A stretch of 64,000 nucleotides of DNA, taken from the NCBI RefSeq assembly GCF_009914755.1, contig NC_060938.1. One strand, 5' to 3'. Each line of letters opens with the position of its first letter. The first letter of the stretch is position 1. The DNA comes from the human T2T-CHM13v2.0 reference genome, Homo sapiens. The notes beneath the pieces are model-generated. The model was not told the DNA's origin, made no database searches, and saw only the letters and a list, made by a program, of their open reading frames with translations. Below are positions 57,201-64,000 of this stretch, piece by piece. A program made the translations under genes and the position numbers.

Positions 57201-60200
57201 GTCAGGTGAAGTGGAATGGAATGGAGAGGAATGTATTTGATTGGAGTCGATTGGAATGGAATGTAGTGGAAAGAATGGAATGGAGTGGCATAGAATGAAA
57301 TGGAATGGAATGGAATGGAGTGCAGTGGAGTGGATTGGAATTGAGTGGAGTGGTATAGAATGGAATGGAATGGAGTGGACGGCAGTGGAGTGGAGTGGGG
57401 TCGAGTGGAATAGAATGGAATGGAGAGGAATTGAATGGATTTAACTGGAATGGAGTGGAATAATGTGCATTTGAATGGAATGGAGAGGAATGGATAGGAG
57501 TGCAATGCACTGGAATGGAGTGGGGTAGTATGAAATGGAGTGGAATGGAGTGGAGCGGAACGTAATGGAATGGAATGGAGTGGAGTGGAATGGAGTGCAG
57601 GGGAACGGAGTGGAGTGGAATGGAAAGGAGTGGAATGGAATGGAATGGAATGGAATGGAATGGAATGGAATGGAATGGAATGGAATGGATTGGAGTGGAG
57701 TGGAGTGGAATGTAATGGAGAAGAATGGAATGGAGGGTAATGGAATGGAAAGGTGTGGAATGGAGTGGAATGGAATGGAGTGGAATGGAAAGGAGTGGAA
57801 TGGAATGAATTGGAATGGAGTGGAGTGGAGTGGAATGGAATTGGTTGGAGTGGAGTGGTATGGAATGGAGTGGTATGGAATGGAGTGGAATGGAATGGAA
57901 GGGAAGGGAATGGAATGGAATGGAGCATAGTTGAATGGAATGGAATGCAATGGAATGGACTGGAATGCAGTGGAGTGTAGTAGAATGGAATGGAGTCGAG
58001 TGGAGTGGAATGGAACGGATTTGAATGGAGTGGAGTGTAACGGAGTTGAGTGGAGTGGAATGGAATGGAATGGAATGATATGGCATGGTGAGGAATGGAG
58101 TGGATTGGAATGTAATGGAGTAAAATGAAGTGAAGTGGAGTGGATTGGAATGGAATGTAGAGGAACAGAACGGAAAGGAGTGTATTGGAATGGAATGGAA
58201 CGGAATGGAATGGAATATAAAGAAATGGAATGGAGTGGAATGGAGTGGGGTGGAGGGGAATGGAATTGAGTGGAGTGGAATATAATGGAATGGAATGGAA
58301 TATAGGAGAGTGGAGTGGACTGGGGTAGGCTGGATGGTAATTGAAAGGAATGGAATGAAATGGAATGGAACGGAGTGGAATGGAGTGGAGTGGAATGTAA
58401 TGGAATGAAGTGGAATGGAATGGAGTGGAGTGGAGTGGAGTGGAATGTAATGGAATGAAGTGGAATGGAATGGAGTGGAGTGGAGTGGAGTGGTGAGAAA
58501 CGAAATGGAATGGAATGGACTGGAGGGGAGTGAAGTGGATTGGAAAAGAGTGGAATGTAGTGAAGTGAAGTGGATTTGAAAGGAATGTAGTTGAGTTAAA
58601 GAGAATGCGGTGGAATGCAATGGAAAGGAATGGAATGGAATGGAATGAAAAGGAATGGAATGGAATGGAGTGAAGTGGAGTGGAATGGAACTGAGCGGAG
58701 TGGAATGGAATGGAATGGAATGGAATGGAAAGGAATGGAATGGAGGGTAGTGGAGTGGAGTGGGGTCGAGTGGAATGGAATTGAACGGAATGGAATGCAA
58801 TTTAAAGGAATGGAAAGGAATAGAATTCTATGGAGTTGAGTGGAATGGAATGGACTGGAAACGATTGGAAAGGAATGGAGTGGAGTGGAATGGCTTGGAA
58901 TGGATTGGAATAGAATGGATTGGAATGGAGTGGATTGGAATGGAATGGAGTGGAATGGATTGAAGTGGAGTGGAATGCAATGGAGTGGAATGGAGAGGAG
59001 TGGAACGGAATGGATTGGATTCCTATGGAAAGGAATGAAATTGAATGCACTGGAGTGGAATGGAGAGGAATGGAGTGGAGTGCAAGGGAAAGCAGAGGAA
59101 TGAAATTGAATGGAATGGAGTTGAGTGGAGTGGAATATATTGGAGTCGAATGGAGTTTAGTGGAGTGGAATGGAATGGAGTTGAATGGAGTTGAATGGGA
59201 TGGAATGGAATGGAATGGAATGGAATGGAATGGAATGGAATGCAGTCGAGTGGAGTTGGGTCGTGTGGATAGGAATGGAATGGAATGAAATTGATAGGAA
59301 TGGAATGGAATAGAATGGAAATAAGGGGAGTGGAGTGAAATGGAATGCAGTGGAATGGAGTGGAGAGAAACGGAATGGAATGGAATGAGGTGGTGTGGAA
59401 TGAAATGGAGTGGAATTGAGTAGAGTGGAATGGAATGGATTGGAGTGGAATGGAATGAAATGGAGTGGAATGGAATAGAGTGCAATGGGATGAAAGGAAT
59501 AGCGTTGAATGTATTGGAACGGAGTGTAGTTGAATGGAACACAATGGAATGAAATGAAATGAAATAGAAAGGAATGGAACTAAGTGTAGTGGAGTGAAAT
59601 GGAATTGAGTGGACTAGAATGGAATAAAATGGAATGGAATGCAATGGAATGGAGTGGAGTGGAGTGGAAGGGAATGGACCGGAATGGAACAGAATGGAAT
59701 GGAGTGGAATGGAATGGCATGGAATGGATTGGAATGGAATGGAATGGAATGAAATTGTGTGGACTGGAGTGGAGTGGAGTGGATAGGGGTCGAGTGGATG
59801 GGAATGGAATTGAATGGAATGGATTGGAGCTTAAAGGAGTGGAATGGAGTGGAATGGAATGCAATGGAGTGGTGTGGATTGGAGTGCAAAGCAATGTAAT
59901 GTAATGTAACGGAGAGGAGTGGTGTGGAGTGTAATGGAATGGAGAGTAGAGGAATGCAATGGAATGGAATGGAATTCAATGGAATGGAATGGAATGGAAC
60001 TCAATGGAATAGTATGGAATGGAGAGGAAGGGAGTTCAGTGGAAAGGAATGGAGTGGAATGAGTGAAGGGGAATGGAACGGAATGGAATGTAGTGCAGTG
60101 GAGTGGAATGGTGTGGAGTGGAGAGGAGTTGAATGGAAGGGAATGGAGAGGAGTGGAGTGGAGTGGAGAGGTGGGGAGTGGAATGGAAAGGAATGCAGTG

Positions 60201-60500
60201 GAATGTAGAGGTATGGAGTAAATTGGAATGGAATGTAGTGGAATGCATAGAAAGGAGTGGAATGAAGTGGTGTGGAATAGAATGAAATGCAAAGAAATGG
60301 AATGGAATGGAGGGGGTAGACTGGAATGGAATAAAGTGAAGTGGAAGTTAATGGAATGGAATGGAGTGGAATGGAGAGGAGAGGAGTCGAGTGGAATGGA
60401 ATAGAATGGAGTGGAGTGGAATGGAATGGAATTCAATGGAATGGATTGGATTGGAATGGAATGGAATGGAAAGCAATGCAATGGAATGGAATGGAATGGA
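36300..60500 (+). repeat. Diverged higher-order repeat, full unit ~6.5-6.6 kb, ~4 copies (one internally deleted, terminal copies partial)
   Basis: Co-linear landmarks: GGATTTCAATGG 39418/43736/50365/56893; (GTC)GACTGGATGGTAATTGAAAGG-like 40371/45242/51873/58321; GGATTCCTGTGGAAAG-like 41084/45932/52554/59017; TCGAGTGGATGGGA 41383/46670/53307/59790; GCACTGG..GAATTCAGTTG-like 37062/42668/47933/54547. Confidence 0.88.
58381..58493 (+). repeat. Exact 50-bp tandem duplication
   Basis: TGGAATGTAATGGAATGAAGTGGAATGGAATGGAGTGGAGTGGAGTGGAG at 58391 and 58441. Confidence 0.85.
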
Positions 60501-60549
60501 GTACAGTTCAATGGAATGCAACGGAATGGAATGCAATGGAATGGAATGG

Positions 60550-60611
60550 GTGCGGAGATTGTGTAACTGCGTTACAGCCTGTGTGACAGAGAGAAATCAT
60601 GTCCAAAGAAA
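60550..60611 (+). mobile_element. Alu right-arm 3'-end fragment, copy 1 (most degenerate)
   Basis: GTGCGGAGATTGTGTAACTGCGTTACAGCCTGTGTGACAGAGAGAAATCATGTCCAAAGAAA aligns without gaps to the other five copies and to the Alu 3' end GCCGAGATCGCGCCACTGCACTCCAGCCTGGGCGACAGAGCGAGAC..GTCTCAAAAAA (consensus recalled from memory). Confidence 0.75.
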
Positions 60612-61560
60612 GGAGTGTAATGGGGTGGGATGGAGTTGAGTGGAATGGAATGGAGTGGCGTGGAATGGAATGGAGTGGAGTGGAGTGGAATGGAGTGGAG
60701 AGGAATGGAGTGGAATGGAATTGAGTGGAGTGAAATGGAATGGAGCGGAGTGGACTGAAATTGAATGGATCATTGAGTGGAGTGGAGTGGAATGGGGTGG
60801 AGTGGAGTGGAATGGAGTGGAATGGAATGGAGTGGAGTGAAACGGAATGGAGCAGAGCGGAGTGAAATGGAATGGATCGGAGAGGAGAGGAATTGAATGG
60901 AGTGGAGTGGTATGGACTGGAATTGAGTGGAATGGACTGGAGTGAAATGGAATGGAATGGAGTGGAATGGAATGGAGTGGAAGGGAATGGAGTGGAGTGT
61001 GGTGGAATGGAGTGGAGTGGAGTGGAGTTGAGTGGAATTGAATGGAGTGCAGTGGAATAGAATGGAATGGAGTTAACTGGAATTTTCTGGAATGGAGTGG
61101 AATGGACTGGAGTGCAATGGAATGGTGTGGAATGAAATGGAATGGAGTGTAACGGAGTGTAGTGCAGTAGAGTGGAGTGGAATGGAGAGGCCTGGAGTGG
61201 AGTGGAGTGGTATGGAATGGAATAGAACGGGGTCGAGTGGAATGGAATGGAGTGTTGTGGACTGGAGTGGAGTGGAGTGGAATGGAATGGAGTGGTGTGG
61301 AGTGGAGTGGAGTACAGTGAAGTGGAGTGCAATGGAATGGAATGGTATGGAGTACAGTGAAATAGAGTGGAATGGAATGGAGTGGATTGGAATGTAGTGG
61401 TGCGCAATGGAACCGAATGGAGTGGAGTGGAGTAGAATGGAGTGGAGTGGAATGGAATGCAACGGAATGCAGTGGAGTGGAATGGAATGGAGTGGCGTGG
61501 AATAGATTTGAGTGAAATTGAAAGGAATGGAATGGAATGTCATGGAATGGAATGGAATGG

Positions 61561-61622
61561 GTGTTGAGATTGTGCCATTGTGCTACAGCCCGTGTGACAG
61601 AGGGAGATCCTGTATAAAGAAA
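61561..61622 (+). mobile_element. Alu right-arm 3'-end fragment, copy 2
   Basis: GTGTTGAGATTGTGCCATTGTGCTACAGCCCGTGTGACAGAGGGAGATCCTGTATAAAGAAA; CpG-decayed match to the Alu 3' terminus. Confidence 0.85.
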
Positions 61623-62299
61623 GGTGTGGATTTGGATGGAGTGGAGAGGAGTGGAGTGGAGTGGAATGGAGAGGAACGGAGTGGTGTGGAGTGGAATGGA
61701 GAGGAGTGGAGTGCAGTGGAGTGGAATGGATGGGAGTGGAGTGCAGTGGAGTGGAATGGAGAGGAACGGAGTGGTGTGGATTGGAATGGAGTGGAGTGGA
61801 GTGGAGTGGAGTGGAGTGGAATGGAGAGGAGTGGACTGGAGTGGAGTGGAGTGGAATGGAGTGGAGTGGACTGGAGTGGAGTGGAGTGGAATGGAGTTCA
61901 GTGGGGTGGGGTGGAGTGGAATGGAGTAGAAAGGAATGGAGTGGAGTGTGGTGGAGTGGAGTGGAGTGGAGTTTAATGGAATGGATTGGAGTGGAATGGA
62001 ATAGAATGGAGTGGAGTGGAATGGATTGGAGTGTTGTGGATTGGAGAGAAGTGGAATGGCATGGAGTGGAATGGAATGGCATGGAGTGGAGTAGAGAGGA
62101 GTGGAGAGGACTAAAGTGGAGTGGAATGGAATGGAGTGGAATGAAGTGGAATGTAGTGCAGTGCAGTGGAGAGTAGTGGAATGGACAGGAATGGAATCTT
62201 ATGTAATGGAATGTAGTGGAGTGGAGTGGAATGTAGTGGAGTGGAGTGCGGTGGAACAGAATGGTACGGAATAGAGTGCAACGGAATGGAACAGAACGG

Positions 62300-62361
62300 G
62301 TGCTGAGATTGTGCCACTGCGCTACAGCCTGTGTGACGGAGGGAGATCCTGTCGAATAAAA
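62300..62361 (+). mobile_element. Alu right-arm 3'-end fragment, copy 3
   Basis: GTGCTGAGATTGTGCCACTGCGCTACAGCCTGTGTGACGGAGGGAGATCCTGTCGAATAAAA; contains the Alu hallmarks GCCACTGC and CAGCCTG. Confidence 0.88.
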
Positions 62362-62443
62362 GGAGTGGAATGGGATGGAGTGGAGTGCAGTGGAGTGGTA
62401 TGGAGTGGAGTGGAGTGGAATGGAATAGAATGGAATGAAATGC

Positions 62444-62505
62444 GTGCTGAGATTGTGCCACTGCACAACACCCTGTTTGACAGAAGGAGACCCTGTCGAA
62501 AGAAA
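62444..62505 (+). mobile_element. Alu right-arm 3'-end fragment, copy 4
   Basis: GTGCTGAGATTGTGCCACTGCACAACACCCTGTTTGACAGAAGGAGACCCTGTCGAAAGAAA; retains the Alu-like GCCACTGCAC and GAGACCCTGTC. Confidence 0.88.
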
Positions 62506-62862
62506 GGAGTGGAATGGGTTGGAGTGCAGTGTAGTGTAGTGGAGTGTAGTGGAATGGAGTGGAGTGGAGTGGAATGGAGTGGAGTGGAGTGGAATGGAGT
62601 GGAATTCAGTGGAGTGGATTGTAATGGAGTGGAGTGGAGTGGAATCGAGTGGAGAAGAGTCGAATGGAATGGAGTGCAGTGAAATGGAAAGAACGGGACT
62701 GTAGTGGAATGGAGTGGAGTGGAGTTGAATGGAATGGAATGGACTGGAGTGGAATGGAATGGAATGGTGCGTAATGGAATGGACTGGAATGCAGTTGAAT
62801 GGAATGGAGTGGAGTGGAACAAAATGGAATGGAAGGAACCAGAATGAAACGGAACAAAATGT

Positions 62863-62924
62863 GTGCTGAGATTGTGTCACTGTGCTACAGCCTGTGTGAC
62901 AGAGGGAGGTCCTGTCGAAAGAAA
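62863..62924 (+). mobile_element. Alu right-arm 3'-end fragment, copy 5
   Basis: GTGCTGAGATTGTGTCACTGTGCTACAGCCTGTGTGACAGAGGGAGGTCCTGTCGAAAGAAA. Confidence 0.85.
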
Positions 62925-63469
62925 GGAGTGAAATGGAATGGAATGGGGTGGAGTGGAGTGGAGTGGAGCAGAACGGAGTGGAGTGTAGTGGAGTGGAATG
63001 CAGTGGAGTGGAGTGGAATGGAGTGGAGAGGAGTGGATGGAGTGGAGTGGAGTGGAATGGAGTGGAATCGATTGGAATGGACTTGAGTGGAATGGAATGG
63101 ACTGGAGTGGAATGGAATGGAATGGAGTGGAATGGAATGGAGTGAAGTGGAGTGGAATGGATTGCAGTGGAGTGGAGTGGAGAGGAATTGTGTGTAATGG
63201 AACAGGGTGGAGTGGAATGGAATGGAATGGAGTGGAGTGGAATTTACTGGAGTAGAGTGGTATGGACTAGAGTGGAATGGAATGGAATGGAGTGGAACGG
63301 AATGGAATGAGTGGAGTGGAGTGGAATGTCGTGGAGTGGAGTAGAATGGAGTGGAGTGGAATGGAATGCAACGGAATGAAGTTGAGTGGAATGGAATGGA
63401 GTGGTGTGGAGTAGACTTGAGTGAAACGGAAAGGAATGGAGTAGAATGCAATGGAATGGAAAGGAATAG

Positions 63470-63531
63470 GTGTTGAGATTGTGCCATTGCTGTACAGCCT
63501 GTGTGACAGAGGGAGAACCTGTCGAGCGAAA
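63470..63531 (+). mobile_element. Alu right-arm 3'-end fragment, copy 6
   Basis: GTGTTGAGATTGTGCCATTGCTGTACAGCCTGTGTGACAGAGGGAGAACCTGTCGAGCGAAA. Confidence 0.85.
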
Positions 63532-63810
63532 GGAGTGGAATGGGATGGAGTGGAGTGAAGTGGAGTGTAATGGAGTGGAATGGAGAGGAACAGAGTGGTG
63601 TGGAGGGGAATGAAGTGGAGTGGAGTGGAATGGAGTGCAGTGGAGTGGGGTGGAGTGGAATTGAGTAGAAAGGAATGGAGTGGAGTGTGGTGGAATGGAG
63701 TGGAGTGGAGTTTAATGAAATGGATTGGAATGGAATGGAATGGAATGGAGTGGAGTGGAGTGGAGTGGAATGGATTGGAGTAGAGTGGAGTGGAGAGCAG
63801 TGGAATGGAG

Positions 63811-63935
63811 TGGAATGGAATGGAATGGAATGGAATGTAGTGGAATGGAATGGAATGGAATGGAATGTAGTGGAATGGAATGGAATGGAATGGAATGTAG
63901 TGGAATGGAATGGAATGGAATGGAATGGAATGTAG
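63811..63935 (+). repeat. 30-bp tandem repeat (TGGAA)5TGTAG x4
   Basis: Identical units at 63811, 63841 and 63871; the fourth at 63901 has one extra TGGAA. Confidence 0.9.
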
Positions 63936-64000
63936 TGCAATGGAATGGAAAGGAATGGAATACAATGGAGTGGAGTGGAATGGAATGGTGTGGAGTGGAG

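Larger units (their letters stand above)
1..64000 (+). repeat. Diverged (GGAAT)n / (CATTC)n pentameric satellite array, HSat3 (Satellite III)-type, GGAGT-rich
   Basis: Continuous 5-bp periodicity of GGAAT with variants GGAGT, GGATT, GCAAT, GTAAT, GAAAT and AGAAT across every line. Perfect runs rarely exceed ~10-11 units (e.g. 57631-57688). No strand switch seen. GGAAT/CATTC is the established HSat2/3 core, and the Alu fragments indicate a primate genome. Confidence 0.97.
60550..64000 (+). repeat. Composite satellite domain: Alu 3'-end cassette plus GGAGT/GGAAT pentamer spacer of variable length
   Basis: Six cassettes at start-to-start spacings of 1011, 739, 144, 419 and 607 bp. Spacers are visibly richer in (GGAGT)n runs than the upstream array. 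No cassette seen in 1-60549. Confidence 0.85.

Noticed and set aside
60550-63531. Cassette-plus-spacer pattern as a CRISPR-like array
   Set aside because: The repeats are ~62 bp, diverged and Alu-derived; the spacers are 80-950 bp of satellite; there are no cas genes and the context is eukaryotic.
60550-63531. Cassettes as active Alu elements, or assignment to a specific Alu subfamily
   Set aside because: The left arm with the Pol III A/B boxes is absent and there is no real poly(A) tail or TSD. Diagnostic positions conflict (GAGAT looks AluS-like, CCCTGTC looks AluJ/FRAM-like, from recalled consensuses), and 55 nt is too short to decide.
20-63935. Short plus-strand MEWNG/VEWSG ORFs
   Set aside because: ATG occurs in every intact unit and single substitutions create TGA/TAG/TAA; these are translation artefacts.
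1-64000. HSat2 (HSATII), telomeric or alpha-satellite identity; strand inversion; specific chromosome or subfamily assignment
   Set aside because: No ATCATCGAATGG 23/26-bp HSat2 units, TTAGGG runs or 171-bp monomers were seen, and there is no CATTC block on the + strand. Chromosome and subfamily need a k-mer or database search that I cannot run.

Overview
The whole 64 kb is primate (human-like) pericentromeric simple satellite of the (GGAAT)n / HSat3 (Satellite III) class. It is heavily diverged, rich in the GGAGT variant pentamer, and lies in one orientation throughout (purine-rich GGAAT strand on +). I find no credible genes; all listed ORFs are artefacts of translating a 5-bp repeat. The window has internal structure: (i) a ~0.75 kb island of a different TCGA/GGACT-rich, GGAGT-free satellite type at ~2.2-2.95 kb; (ii) several diverged tandem or higher-order duplications (~0.5, 0.8, 1.0, 1.5 and 2.0 kb, plus a ~6.6 kb unit over ~36-60.5 kb); (iii) small recent exact tandem duplications; (iv) a strong bias toward -1 shifts of the pentamer register; and (v) from 60.55 kb onward, a composite domain in which a ~62-bp Alu 3'-end cassette with identical breakpoints recurs six times and its A-rich tail runs directly into the satellite. 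All coordinates and counts were read by eye. Chromosome and HSat3 subfamily cannot be assigned without a search.
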